Shown: in pieces, positions 9,948 to 19,319 of the stretch
Layout of the letters: every line of letters starts with the position of its first letter
Position numbering within the stretch: position 1 is the first letter of the stretch
Assembly: GCA_031416315.1 (NCBI GenBank)
Contig: JANOTL010000225.1
Coordinates: 1 to 22,396, forward strand
Direction of reading: 5' to 3'
From: Pseudomonadota bacterium
GTDB lineage: Bacteria; Bdellovibrionota_B; Oligoflexia; Oligoflexales; CAIYRB01
DNA length: 22,396 nucleotides
The notes under the pieces: model-generated
Database searches by the model: none
What the model was told of the DNA's origin: nothing
Seen by the model: the letters and a program-made list of their open reading frames with translations, nothing else
Position numbers and translations under genes: made by a program

Positions 9948-11354
9948 TCAGTCGAAAATCTTCCCGGGATTCATTAGCCCTCCCGGATCGAAAACCCGCT
10001 TCAATTTCCGCATGATCTCGACTTCCGCTTCCGTCCGGGAAAAAAGCAGGTCGTGCTTCTTCAGCAGCCCAATCCCGTGCTCGGCGCTAATCGACCCCTT
10101 GAACTTCGCCAGCAGATGAAAGACGCGCTCCTCCACCTTCCGCGCCCGGGCGTTGAACTCTTTCACCGGCTCGGTCTTCGGACCGACGTAGTTGATATGC
10201 AGGTTGCCGTCGCCGATGTGGCCGAATAGCACGATCTCCATTCCGTCCGTCGGCGCCTTTGCGAGCTCCACCTCGAGCTGGGCGATGAAGTCGTCGAGCT
10301 GGTCGATGGCGAGCGAGATGTCGTTCTTTCGCGCCGTTCCATGCGCCGCGATGCTCTCGGTGATGTTCTCACGGAGGCCCCAGAACTCCTTGTGCTGCGT
10401 CGAGTTCTGCGCCACGACCGCGTCCGCGACCAGGCCCTTCTCGAAGAGCTTCTCGAGCAAGGGCTCCATGACGGCGCCGCCGCCCGGGCCTTCCTCCGCC
10501 TCGAGGAGCACGTAGTAAGGATACTTCTGCTCGAACGGCGTCCGCGCGCCCTGCGCATGCTTCAGCACGATCTCGTGCGCCACTTTGGTAAAGAACTCGA
10601 ACGCCGTCAGCGTCACGGCCGCGACATTCGCCACGCCCAAGATCGCGGGAATCGCCTTGAACGTCTCGACGCCCATGATCGCGACCTGCACGTTCCGCGG
10701 CGGCGCCGTCAGCCGTACCGTCGCGCGCGTCACGATCCCGAGCGTGCCTTCGGAGCCGATGAAGAGCTGCTTCAGATCGTAGCCCGTGTTGTTCTTGCGC
10801 AGGCTCGAGTTCATGTCGAGCACGTCGCCGTTCGGCAAGACCACCTCGATGCCGAGCACCTGCTCGCGCATCCCCCCGAAGCGGATGAACTTCACGCCGC
10901 CCGCGTTCGTCGCGATGTTGCCGCCGATGTGGCAGCTGCCCTTCGCCGCGAGGTCTAGCGGGAAAAAGAGCCCGATCTCCCGCGCCGCGTCTTGCAGCGC
11001 TTCAGTCGTCACGCCCGCCTGCACGATCGCCGTCAGGCCGACCGGATCGAGCTTCTCGATCTTGCTCATGCGCTGCAAGGACAGGACGACCTCGCCGTTG
11101 GACGCGACAGCCCCGCCCGCCAGACCGGTCCGGCCGCCGCTCGGCACGACGCAAAGCCCTTTGTCCGCACAGTATTTGACGACCTTCGCCACCTCTGCGG
11201 TCGAGCCCGGCAGCACGGCGCAGCCCGGTGCCACCGGAAAAATCTTCGTCCAATCGCGGCCAAAGGCATCCAAATCGGCGGCTTCCGTCTTGACGTTGCC
11301 GGCCCCGACGGTCGCCCTAAAAAACTCCAAGCACCCCGAGTCCACTGCGCCCAT
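9948..11354 (-). CDS. FAD-binding oxidoreductase, D-2-hydroxyglutarate/D-lactate dehydrogenase (GlcD-like) family
   Basis: PSGGRTGLAGGA, IGGNIATNAGG, LRKNNTGYDLKQLFIGSEGTLGIVT, FGHIGDGNLH, SISAEHGIG, DPGGLMNPGK. Confidence 0.92.
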   Translation of the reverse strand: MGAVDSGCLEFFRATVGAGNVKTEAADLDAFGRDWTKIFPVAPGCAVLPGSTAEVAKVVKYCADKGLCVVPSGGRTGLAGGAVASNGEVVLSLQRMSKIEKLDPVGLTAIVQAGVTTEALQDAAREIGLFFPLDLAAKGSCHIGGNIATNAGGVKFIRFGGMREQVLGIEVVLPNGDVLDMNSSLRKNNTGYDLKQLFIGSEGTLGIVTRATVRLTAPPRNVQVAIMGVETFKAIPAILGVANVAAVTLTAFEFFTKVAHEIVLKHAQGARTPFEQKYPYYVLLEAEEGPGGGAVMEPLLEKLFEKGLVADAVVAQNSTQHKEFWGLRENITESIAAHGTARKNDISLAIDQLDDFIAQLEVELAKAPTDGMEIVLFGHIGDGNLHINYVGPKTEPVKEFNARARKVEERVFHLLAKFKGSISAEHGIGLLKKHDLLFSRTEAEVEIMRKLKRVFDPGGLMNPGKIFD

Positions 11355-11490
11355 CTGCGGAATCTCCCGTTGAAAACGCCAGAAAATATCACGGTTTGTG
11401 CGATTTCCTCAAGCGCTCAGCGCGGCGCCCCGAGGACCCTCCTAAGCATTCGGTGACGCGACTGCGGCGCCAACCCTGGAGGAACTCTAA

Positions 11491-13110
11491 ATGTCGAACC
11501 TGAAACTCTTCGGATCCCTGGCCCTCGCAGCGACCCTGACGTCCTGCGGCAGCGAGCCGAAAAAGCTCGCCGGCTATGACCAGTCGCAAGCCAGCGCGAG
11601 CGACACCAAGAAAAAATCGGATCGGGACAAGAACAAAGACGGCAACGACGCCGACGCCACCGAAGGCGGCAAGCGCGATCATACCGTGAAGCCGCCCCGC
11701 GAGTACTACGACGCCCTGTTCGCCTCGGCTTTGCGCACCGTCGACAACGCCGGCGACGGCTTCTCGCTGGCCGATGTCGCAGGCGGCGACCCCGTCCTCT
11801 TCGTGAACTTCGACGGCGCCTCGCTCCACAAAGGCTTCGAGATCGGTGAGAGCTTCCTCCTCTGCCAAAACTTCGCCGAGATCGCGCCGCCGGACCTGTC
11901 GGCCGCAGACAAGACGGAGATCCTCGCGCAGGTCGCGAAGTTCTTCGCGGACGCCGGCGCCCGCCTCGTCGTCACCGGCGAAGCCCCTACGCAAGGTAAC
12001 TTCACCACCGTGCACGTCGGCGGCTCCTACGCCGACCTCGGTTGCAACGGCAACAGCGTCCTCGGCATCGCGCCCTTCGACAAGGGCAACGCCAACGTGA
12101 ACGACGTCGCCTTCGCCTTCACCAAAGGCATCGACGCCGTCTCGGTGATCGCCGAGACCATCGCCCACGAAGCCGGCCACTCTTTCGGCCTCGAGCACTC
12201 CGACAACGCCGCTGACCTGATGTTCGGGTCGACTAGCCCGACGATCGAGGGATTTCTTAGTGGAAAAATCCCCGGCTCCGCGGCGACCCAGAACGGGCCC
12301 GCCGTCCTCCAGACGGCCCTCGGCGTCCTCGACGGCGCCGTCGCCGCCGCCAACGCCATCGCCGGCGGCGCGGGCGCTGCCGCCGCCATCCCGGGTCTCA
12401 CCTACCTGCCGCCGAACCTGGCGCAGCTCCCGGGCTTGGCCGAGATCGCGATGATCGGCCAGCTCCTCGCCACGCTGAACGGCGCGGATGTCGTCGACAT
12501 CGCGAAGCTCGTCCCCCAGATCGTCGCGCTCTTGCCCGGCGACGCCAAGAACATCAACCTCGCCGGCCTCGACAAGATCCTGACCATCGTCGGCCTCGCC
12601 ACGAGCGCCGTCAGCGCCCAGAACGGCAACGCCCTCCCGGCCACGGTCAACGGCATCTTCAACTCCGGCATCCTCACCAGCCTCCTCGCTCCTCAAGCCG
12701 CTCCGGGTGCCGCTGGCGGCGCCGCCGGCGTCATCCAAGGCGTCACCGGCCTGGCCACCCTCGCCGGCTTCGGCAACGTCGGCGGCGCGATCTCGGCCAT
12801 CCAGGGCATCCTCGGCGCCTTCTCGGGCCAGCAAGCCCCGGTCGCCACCCCGGCCAACCCGAACGCGGACCCCACGATCGCCGCGATCAACGCTGCGCTC
12901 CCGGACTTCGCCGCGATCCTCGGCCTCGTCATCAAGAACAAGCAGATCGGCGATCTCGTGACGAGCCTCCTCGGCACCACCGAAGTCATCATCCAGAACT
13001 TCCCGCCCGGAGCCGACCGCGACGCGATCCTCTCGCTCGTCAAGGTCGCCTACGCGCAGGTCTACAAAGAGCTTTCGGCGAAGCAACCCGCCGCCGTCAG
13101 CGCCCCGTAA
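11491..13110 (+). CDS. Zinc metalloprotease lipoprotein (metzincin/matrixin-like) with Ala/Gly/Leu-rich C-terminal half
   Basis: GGAGG RBS; lipobox ATLTS-C; HEAGHSFGLEH (HExxHxxGxxH, 12166-12198) followed by Met-turn candidate DLM; strong C-ending codon bias. Confidence 0.88.
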   Translation: MSNLKLFGSLALAATLTSCGSEPKKLAGYDQSQASASDTKKKSDRDKNKDGNDADATEGGKRDHTVKPPREYYDALFASALRTVDNAGDGFSLADVAGGDPVLFVNFDGASLHKGFEIGESFLLCQNFAEIAPPDLSAADKTEILAQVAKFFADAGARLVVTGEAPTQGNFTTVHVGGSYADLGCNGNSVLGIAPFDKGNANVNDVAFAFTKGIDAVSVIAETIAHEAGHSFGLEHSDNAADLMFGSTSPTIEGFLSGKIPGSAATQNGPAVLQTALGVLDGAVAAANAIAGGAGAAAAIPGLTYLPPNLAQLPGLAEIAMIGQLLATLNGADVVDIAKLVPQIVALLPGDAKNINLAGLDKILTIVGLATSAVSAQNGNALPATVNGIFNSGILTSLLAPQAAPGAAGGAAGVIQGVTGLATLAGFGNVGGAISAIQGILGAFSGQQAPVATPANPNADPTIAAINAALPDFAAILGLVIKNKQIGDLVTSLLGTTEVIIQNFPPGADRDAILSLVKVAYAQVYKELSAKQPAAVSAP

Positions 13111-13147
13111 ACGCGAGTTTCCGAGCTACTCCAGGTTAGAGACGTGC

Positions 13148-13185
13148 AGAGGCCCGGGAGCTTGCTCCCGGGCCTCTAGTCTTTT
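13148..13185 (+). terminator. Intrinsic terminator between convergent protease and maeB genes
   Basis: Inverted repeat AGAGGCCCGGGAGC (13148-13161)/GCTCCCGGGCCTCT (13164-13177), followed by AGTCTTTT. Confidence 0.8.
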
Positions 13186-15497
13186 CAGCTCATGGCTTCG
13201 AGAGCTTCCGCCGCCGTGATGTACAGCATGTTCAACACCTCGTCCGTCGTCGCGCTGATCTGCAGCACGTTTGCGGGCTTGCGCATGCCGATTAAGAGCG
13301 GACCGATCAAAGACGATCCCGCCAGATTCGCGAGAAGCTTGTAGCTGATGTTGGCCGACGCCAGGTTCGGGAACACCAAAACGTTCGCGTTCCCCGTCAG
13401 GGCCGAGAACGGGAACTCGCGCTGCCGCAGCTCCTCCGAAAGCGCGACGTCCGCCTGCATCTCGCCGTCCACCTCGAGCGAGGGCATCTTCTGCCGCACG
13501 AGCGCGACCGCCTGCGCCACCTTCTTGGTCTCGTCGTGCATCGTCGAGCCGAAGCTCGCGAACGACAGCATCGCGACGCGAATCGGCTCGCGCGTGTAAC
13601 GTTTCGCCGCGTTCGCCGCCGAGATCGCGATCGCCGCCAGCTGCTCGGCGCTCGGGTCGACGTTGATGGTGCAGTCCGCGAAAAAGTACTGCTTCGCTTT
13701 GTGCATCACCATGTAAATACCGGCGAGCGTTTGCCCTTTCTCGGCTCCGATGATCTCGAGCAAGGGCTTGGCGCTCGCGCCGTACGTCTCGACGACGCCC
13801 GAGACGAGCCCGTCTGCACCACCCATCTTCAGCATCATCGCCGCGAAGTAGTTGTGGTTCGAAAGCAGCTGCAGGGCGCTCGTCCGCGTTACGCCTCTGC
13901 GCTGCCGCATCTTGAAGAGCTCGTCCGCGTAGCCCGCCGTCGCCTCGGAGTCGAACGGATTGACGATCCGCACCATGCGCTCGAAACCCGCCAGACCGTT
14001 CTGCGCCGCGACCTCCAGGATCCGCGCCGGCGCGCCCAGCAAAGTCAGGTCCAGATCGCCTTCGTTGACGACCTGCGCCGCCGCCCGCAGGATCCGCCGG
14101 TCGTAAGCGTGCGCGATCACGAGCCGCGGCTTCCGCCCCTTCGATTGCCGCTTCGCGGCGATGTCGCGTTTCAAGCCGCGCAGCATCGCCTGCGTCGGCC
14201 CCAGGATCCGCTCGATGTCGCGCGTATACTGCGCGATGTCGACCTTCTGCCGTGCCACGCCGGAATCCATCGCCGCCTTCGCCACCGCCGGCGCCACGTG
14301 GAAGAGGACGCGCGGGTCCACCGGCTTGGGAATGAGGTAGTCCCGCCCGAATTGATAGACCTCGTTGTCCTTGTAAGCCTTCATCACCGACTCGGGCACG
14401 TTCTCCTTGGCCAAAGCCGCGATCGCGCGCACCGCGGCGAGCTTCATCTCCTCGTTGATCACGCGCGCCCTCACGTCCAGAGCGCCGCGGAAAATGAAGG
14501 GAAAGCCGAGAACGTTGTTCACCTGGTTCGGAAAGTCGCTGCGCCCCGTCGCGATGATCGCATCGGGCCGCGCTTCACGCGCCACCGCCGGGTGGATCTC
14601 CGGATCGGGATTGGCGAGCGCGAAGATGATCGGATTCTTCGCCATCGGCTTGATCATCTCGGCCGTCAGCACGTTGGCCACCGAGACGCCGACAAACGCG
14701 TCCGCGCCGCGCAGGGCCTCCTCGATCGACCGCGCCTCGGTCTCGATCACGAAGCGCTTCTTGATGTCGTTCAGGTCCTTCCGCCCGGAATGCACCGTGC
14801 CCTTGCTGTCGCACAGGATCAGGTTTTTCCGCTGGACGCCGAGCGAGAGAAACAGCGATGCGCACGCGATCGCCGCCGCGCCCGCGCCGGAAAACACGAC
14901 GCGCACGTCCGCGATCTTCTTCCCTGCGACCTCGAGCGCGTTCAGGAAGGCCGCCCCGGCGATGATCGCCGTGCCGTGCTGGTCGTCGTGAAAGACCGGG
15001 ATCGACATCTCGGCGCGCAAGCGCTCCTCGATGTAGAAGCACTCCGGCGCCTTGATGTCTTCCAAATTCACGCCGCCGAAGGTCGGCTCCAAAGCCTTCA
15101 CGGCGGCAATGAAGAGCTCGGGGTCCTTGGCGTCGAGCTCGATATCGAAGACGTCGATGTCGGCGAACTTCTTGAAGAGCATTGCCTTGCCCTCCATGAC
15201 CGGCTTCGCGGCGTAGGGCCCGATGTCTCCCAGTCCGAGGACGGCTGTGCCGTTGCTAATTACGGCGACGAGGTTGCTGCGCCCCGTATAGCGAAATGAA
15301 TCGTCCTGATTCTCGGCAATCTTCAGGCAGGGAAACGCGACCCCCGGCGAGTACGCCAGCGACAGATCGCGCTGGTTCTCCGCCGGCTTCCCGATTCCAG
15401 TGAAGATCTTACCGGCCGGCGTGCGCTCGTGATACTCGAGCGCGTCCTTCTCCAGCTGGTCCCGCTTCGCCTTCTCGTCCGTCGGATTCATATTCAC
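13185..15497 (-). CDS. maeB: NADP-dependent malic enzyme with C-terminal phosphotransacetylase-like domain
   Basis: LAYSPGV, SNGTAVLGLG, PVMEGKA, NLEDIKAPECF, HDDQHGTA, GAGAA, ATGRSDFPNQVNN; PTA-like domain (ADCTINVDP, DGEMQAD, ANVLVFPNL). Start is GTG 15497 (GTGA overlap with dacB stop) or ATG 15491. Confidence 0.96.
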   Translation of the reverse strand: MNMNPTDEKAKRDQLEKDALEYHERTPAGKIFTGIGKPAENQRDLSLAYSPGVAFPCLKIAENQDDSFRYTGRSNLVAVISNGTAVLGLGDIGPYAAKPVMEGKAMLFKKFADIDVFDIELDAKDPELFIAAVKALEPTFGGVNLEDIKAPECFYIEERLRAEMSIPVFHDDQHGTAIIAGAAFLNALEVAGKKIADVRVVFSGAGAAAIACASLFLSLGVQRKNLILCDSKGTVHSGRKDLNDIKKRFVIETEARSIEEALRGADAFVGVSVANVLTAEMIKPMAKNPIIFALANPDPEIHPAVAREARPDAIIATGRSDFPNQVNNVLGFPFIFRGALDVRARVINEEMKLAAVRAIAALAKENVPESVMKAYKDNEVYQFGRDYLIPKPVDPRVLFHVAPAVAKAAMDSGVARQKVDIAQYTRDIERILGPTQAMLRGLKRDIAAKRQSKGRKPRLVIAHAYDRRILRAAAQVVNEGDLDLTLLGAPARILEVAAQNGLAGFERMVRIVNPFDSEATAGYADELFKMRQRRGVTRTSALQLLSNHNYFAAMMLKMGGADGLVSGVVETYGASAKPLLEIIGAEKGQTLAGIYMVMHKAKQYFFADCTINVDPSAEQLAAIAISAANAAKRYTREPIRVAMLSFASFGSTMHDETKKVAQAVALVRQKMPSLEVDGEMQADVALSEELRQREFPFSALTGNANVLVFPNLASANISYKLLANLAGSSLIGPLLIGMRKPANVLQISATTDEVLNMLYITAAEALEAMS

Positions 15498-16990
15498 ATC
15501 TCGTTCATGAACGCGACGACTACCTTGTCCTGGCGCTCGCGTAAATCGGTGATCGAAGGTTGCGTCTTACCCTGGTTGCCGTTCTCGAGGATCGTGAACG
15601 CGACCATGCCGTGCTTCGGATGCCGGAAATAGCCGGCAAGCCCGGCGACCGAAACCGGCTCCGAGAGCGTCCCCGTCTTCGCCCGCACGAGCCCTTTCAA
15701 GCTCTCGGTCTCCGATTTTCCGAAGCGCTTCTTCAGGGTGCCGTCCCAGCCGGTCGCCGGCAGGCTGCCCAGAAACTCCGGAAAGACTTCCATGCGCCCT
15801 TCCATGTAGGCGAGCACGTCGGTGATTTGCCGCGCCGTCAGGCGGTTGTCGGTGTCCAAGCCGGAGCCGTTCTTCAGCACGAACTCGCTCTTGATCCCGA
15901 CTTCCTTGCGCAGAAAGTCGTTCAAGACCTGGATGCCGTTCGCGTAAGTTCCCGAGCCCGGTCCGTCCGGCCGCCCGCTCTGCGGGAACGCCGCGCCGAG
16001 GCGCTTCACCAGCACGTCGGCGACGTAGTTGTTCGAGAAGATCATGAGGCCGGAGACGACCTTGCGCATGTCATAGCCGTCGATCTCGTAGAGGAGGCTC
16101 GCCGTTGCGGGCAAGCGGCCCTCCTTCACGACGCCGCGCACGACGATGCCTTCCTGTTTCAAGAACGCCTTCACGTACTCGCCCGAGGCCTTGACGTGGT
16201 CGCCGACGGAGCGATAGATCTTCGCGATCGGCGCGCCTTCGGGCATCGTCCCCGAGGCGACGACCTTCTCTTCTTTACCCGTCGAGACGCGCTTGACCGC
16301 GACGTTCCGCGCCGTCTTCGCCTTCGCCGTGTGCACTTCGTTGTCGATCACGAGTCCGCGTAGCGGGTAGGGGTCGACGCCCACGAACGCCGGTTTTCCG
16401 GCGCTTTCGCCCGGCGCCACCGCCACCGCGAACGTGTTGAAGTTCACGCCCAAAGCCGAGACCGGCGCGTCGTAGGCGTTCACCGAGCTCTTCTCGCCGA
16501 ACTTCCGCGACGCGTCGCGGCTGTCGCCTTCGAACAAGCTGTTGTCGACGATCAAGTCGCCGGTGAATTCGCGCACGCCCATGTTGCGGAGGTCCGCGGC
16601 CATCTGCCACAGCTTCTCCGACACCAGGTAAGGGTCGCCGTCGCCGACCACGATCAGGTCGCCGAGGATCTTCTCGTTCTTGCGCACGCCCGAATGGTGC
16701 AGCCGCGTCTTGAAGGTATGAACCGGCGTGAACCGTGTCAGCGCCGCGGCTGCCGTGATCACCTTCGTCACCGACGCGGGCGACATCAGCAGATCTGGAT
16801 TCTTCTCGTACAGGACTTTCCCGTCGGTCAGCCGGACCGCCAGGACTCCCTGCGTCGCGGGCGCCTGCGTCGCCTCGCTGAACAACTTGTCGATCACCTC
16901 GGCGTCGGCCTTCGACTTCGCGGCCACCAGCGATGCCGACGCCAAGCCCACTACTAACAGCGACAACGCGCTCCATGCTGCACGCTTCAC
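15494..16990 (-). CDS. dacB: D-alanyl-D-alanine carboxypeptidase/endopeptidase (PBP4, peptidase S13)
   Basis: Signal peptide; SxxK (PASVTK), GDGDP, SxN (SNN), NGSGL, KTG (AKTGTL). Confidence 0.93.
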   Translation of the reverse strand: MKRAAWSALSLLVVGLASASLVAAKSKADAEVIDKLFSEATQAPATQGVLAVRLTDGKVLYEKNPDLLMSPASVTKVITAAAALTRFTPVHTFKTRLHHSGVRKNEKILGDLIVVGDGDPYLVSEKLWQMAADLRNMGVREFTGDLIVDNSLFEGDSRDASRKFGEKSSVNAYDAPVSALGVNFNTFAVAVAPGESAGKPAFVGVDPYPLRGLVIDNEVHTAKAKTARNVAVKRVSTGKEEKVVASGTMPEGAPIAKIYRSVGDHVKASGEYVKAFLKQEGIVVRGVVKEGRLPATASLLYEIDGYDMRKVVSGLMIFSNNYVADVLVKRLGAAFPQSGRPDGPGSGTYANGIQVLNDFLRKEVGIKSEFVLKNGSGLDTDNRLTARQITDVLAYMEGRMEVFPEFLGSLPATGWDGTLKKRFGKSETESLKGLVRAKTGTLSEPVSVAGLAGYFRHPKHGMVAFTILENGNQGKTQPSITDLRERQDKVVVAFMNEM

Positions 16991-17015
16991 GGCCGATGCT
17001 CCTTCGCGGGATTTT

Positions 17016-17139
17016 CCAAAGATTCAGGATGCTTGTCGGCATCATACCGCACGGCCGCCGGCCCCGCCAGGCGCGCCCAGCACGCCGCCGGGCAATGCGC
17101 GACGACGCACGTTTCACCAAAGATTCAGGACGTTTGTCG
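17016..17139. repeat. Two-copy 23-bp direct repeat in the dacB/trxB divergent intergenic region
   Basis: CCAAAGATTCAGGATGCTTGTCG (17016-17038) and CCAAAGATTCAGGACGTTTGTCG (17117-17139): 21/23 identical, 101-bp period. Confidence 0.85.
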
Positions 17140-17216
17140 TATTGCTCTACACCGCGCGAGACCCCTGAGCTAGCTTAGGGCGCTTCCGTTTCCGCCATCC
17201 GTTTGAGGACTTGCCC

Positions 17217-18149
17217 ATGTCGCAGCCCGTACAAGACGTCGTCATCATCGGCACTGGCCCCGCCGGCCTCACCGCCGCCATCTACGCGGCCCGCGGCGGC
17301 TTCAAGCCGATCGTCTACGCCGGCATGCAGCACGGCGGTCAGCTTACGACGACGACGGAGATCGACAACTGGCCGGGCTTCCGCGAGGGCATCATGGGAC
17401 CGGCGCTCATGGCCGACATGACCGCGCAGGCCGAGCGTTTCGGCTCTGAGATCATCTACGACGAGATCACCAAGGTCGACTTCTCCGGCAAGGTCCACAA
17501 GCTCTGGGCCGGCGACAAAGAGATCCAAGCGAAGGTCGTGATCATTGCGACCGGCGCCACGGCGAAGACGCTCGGCCTGCCGCGCGAAGCCGAGCTCATG
17601 GGCCGCGGCCTCTCGACGTGCGCTACTTGCGACGGCTTCTTCTACAAAGGCAAGAAGGTCGCCATCGTCGGCGGCGGCGACACCGCGATGGAGGAGGCGA
17701 GCTACCTCGCGAAGCTCGCAAAGGAAGTCGTCCTGATCCATCGTCGCGACGTCTTCAAAGCTTCCGACATCATGTTGAAACGCGTGAAATCGCTTCCGAA
17801 CGTCACAATGCACATCCCCTATGACGTCGTCGACACGCTCTCTGACGCGACGGGCCTGACCGGCATCGTTTTGAAGCACACGCAAACCGGCGCCAAGAGC
17901 GAGATGAAGCTCGACGGCTTCTTCATGGCCATCGGCCACCGCCCCAACTCCGGCGTCTTCAAATCGTTCGTCGACACCGACGATCACGGCTACATGACGG
18001 TCAAGGATTTCACTAAAACCAAGGTCCCGGGCATTTACGCTGCCGGCGACATCGCAGATCCGGTCTTTCGTCAGGCCGTCACCGCGTCCGGCATGGGTTG
18101 CCAAGCCGCAATGCAAGCCATTCGCTACCTCGAGGAGCAACACGGGTGA
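17217..18149 (+). CDS. trxB: Thioredoxin-disulfide reductase
   Basis: IIGTGPAGLTAAIY, GGQL, active site CATC-DG, VGGGDTAMEEA, HRRD, AAGDIAD, RQAVTASG. Start ATG 17217 with GAGGA upstream. Confidence 0.96.
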   Translation: MSQPVQDVVIIGTGPAGLTAAIYAARGGFKPIVYAGMQHGGQLTTTTEIDNWPGFREGIMGPALMADMTAQAERFGSEIIYDEITKVDFSGKVHKLWAGDKEIQAKVVIIATGATAKTLGLPREAELMGRGLSTCATCDGFFYKGKKVAIVGGGDTAMEEASYLAKLAKEVVLIHRRDVFKASDIMLKRVKSLPNVTMHIPYDVVDTLSDATGLTGIVLKHTQTGAKSEMKLDGFFMAIGHRPNSGVFKSFVDTDDHGYMTVKDFTKTKVPGIYAAGDIADPVFRQAVTASGMGCQAAMQAIRYLEEQHG

Positions 18150-19312
18150 TGGGTCTCCTCTCCGGCTTGAAAGAAAAGCTCAGCGGCAATCAGCCGCCCA
18201 AAGGTCCGACCGAGGCCGACGTACGCCAAGCGCTCACCGTCGTCCGTGATCCCGATCTGCACCAGGACATCGTCGCCCTCGGCTTCGTGCGAAACGTCGT
18301 CATCGAGCGCGGCATCGTGTCGCTCGAGGTCAACCTCACGACCCCGGCCTGCCCCGTCAAAGAAGAGCTAAAAACGCAGTGTGAGACCGTGCTGCGCGCC
18401 CTCCCCGGCATCACCGACGTCAAGGTCACCATGACCGCGACAACGCGCGCACCAGCCGCCTCGCAGGCTCTGAGCTCGAACCCGGCTCTGGCCGGCGTGA
18501 AGAACATCATCGCCGTCGCCAGCGGCAAGGGCGGCGTCGGCAAGTCCACCACCGCAGTGAACCTCGCCTACGCCCTCGCCCGCGCGGGCTCGAAAGTCGG
18601 CCTCCTCGATGCCGACGTCTACGGCCCCTCGATCCCGAAAATGGTGCGTCTCACGCGCCTCGCCGAAGGCGGCGTCGACAACCGCATCCTCCCGCCTGAG
18701 GCCGACGGCGTGAAGGTGATCTCCGCCGCGATGTTTGCCTCCACCGGCGGCAACACCGGCGGCGCCGCGATCTTGCGCGGCCCGATGGCCGGCAACGTCG
18801 TGAAGCAGTTCTTGACCATGGTCGAGTGGGGGGAGCTCGACTACCTCGTCATCGACTACCCTCCTGGCACGGGCGACATCCAGCTCACCATCTCGCAGAC
18901 CGCGCCCGTCACCGGCGCCGTCATCGTCACCACCCCGCAGGAAGTCGCCCTTCTCGACGTCCGCAAAGCGGTGCAGATGTTCAAGACGCTCAAAGTCCCG
19001 GTTCTCGGCGTCGTCGAGACGATGAGCTACTTCGTGTGTGACGGCTGCGACAAGAAGCACTACCTCTTCCGCGAAAAAGGCGGCGAGAAGCTTGCCCGCG
19101 AGCTCGGCGTCGCCTTTCTCGGCGCCGTCCCGATCGATCCTGCCGTCACCATCGGCGGCGACGAGGGCACGCCGCATGTCGTCTCCCATCCGGACTCGAT
19201 CGCGGCAAAAGCGTACGTGCAGGCCGCCGGCGCCGCCGCGGCCCAACTCTCGATCCTGAACGCGCAGCAAAGCGGCGCCCTCCGCGAGTTCACCCTCGTT
19301 TGGAAGAACTGA
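18149..19312 (+). CDS. mrp: Mrp/ApbC/NBP35-family Fe-S cluster carrier ATPase with N-terminal DUF59 domain
   Basis: ATG 18149 overlaps trxB stop (TGATG) with GAGGAG upstream. DUF59: VRDPDLHQDIVALG, LTTPACP. ATPase: SGKGGVGKST, DADVYGPS, DYPPGTGD, VTTPQ, CDGC. Confidence 0.94.
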   Translation: MGLLSGLKEKLSGNQPPKGPTEADVRQALTVVRDPDLHQDIVALGFVRNVVIERGIVSLEVNLTTPACPVKEELKTQCETVLRALPGITDVKVTMTATTRAPAASQALSSNPALAGVKNIIAVASGKGGVGKSTTAVNLAYALARAGSKVGLLDADVYGPSIPKMVRLTRLAEGGVDNRILPPEADGVKVISAAMFASTGGNTGGAAILRGPMAGNVVKQFLTMVEWGELDYLVIDYPPGTGDIQLTISQTAPVTGAVIVTTPQEVALLDVRKAVQMFKTLKVPVLGVVETMSYFVCDGCDKKHYLFREKGGEKLARELGVAFLGAVPIDPAVTIGGDEGTPHVVSHPDSIAAKAYVQAAGAAAAQLSILNAQQSGALREFTLVWKN

Positions 19313-19319
19313 AGAACTG

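Noticed and set aside
11389..13086. 565-aa antisense ORF opposite the metalloprotease
   Set aside because: Explained by strong GC3 codon bias removing antisense stops; no RBS or motifs. The same applies to 7312-8544, 13536-15299, 17175-18143 and 18368-19456.
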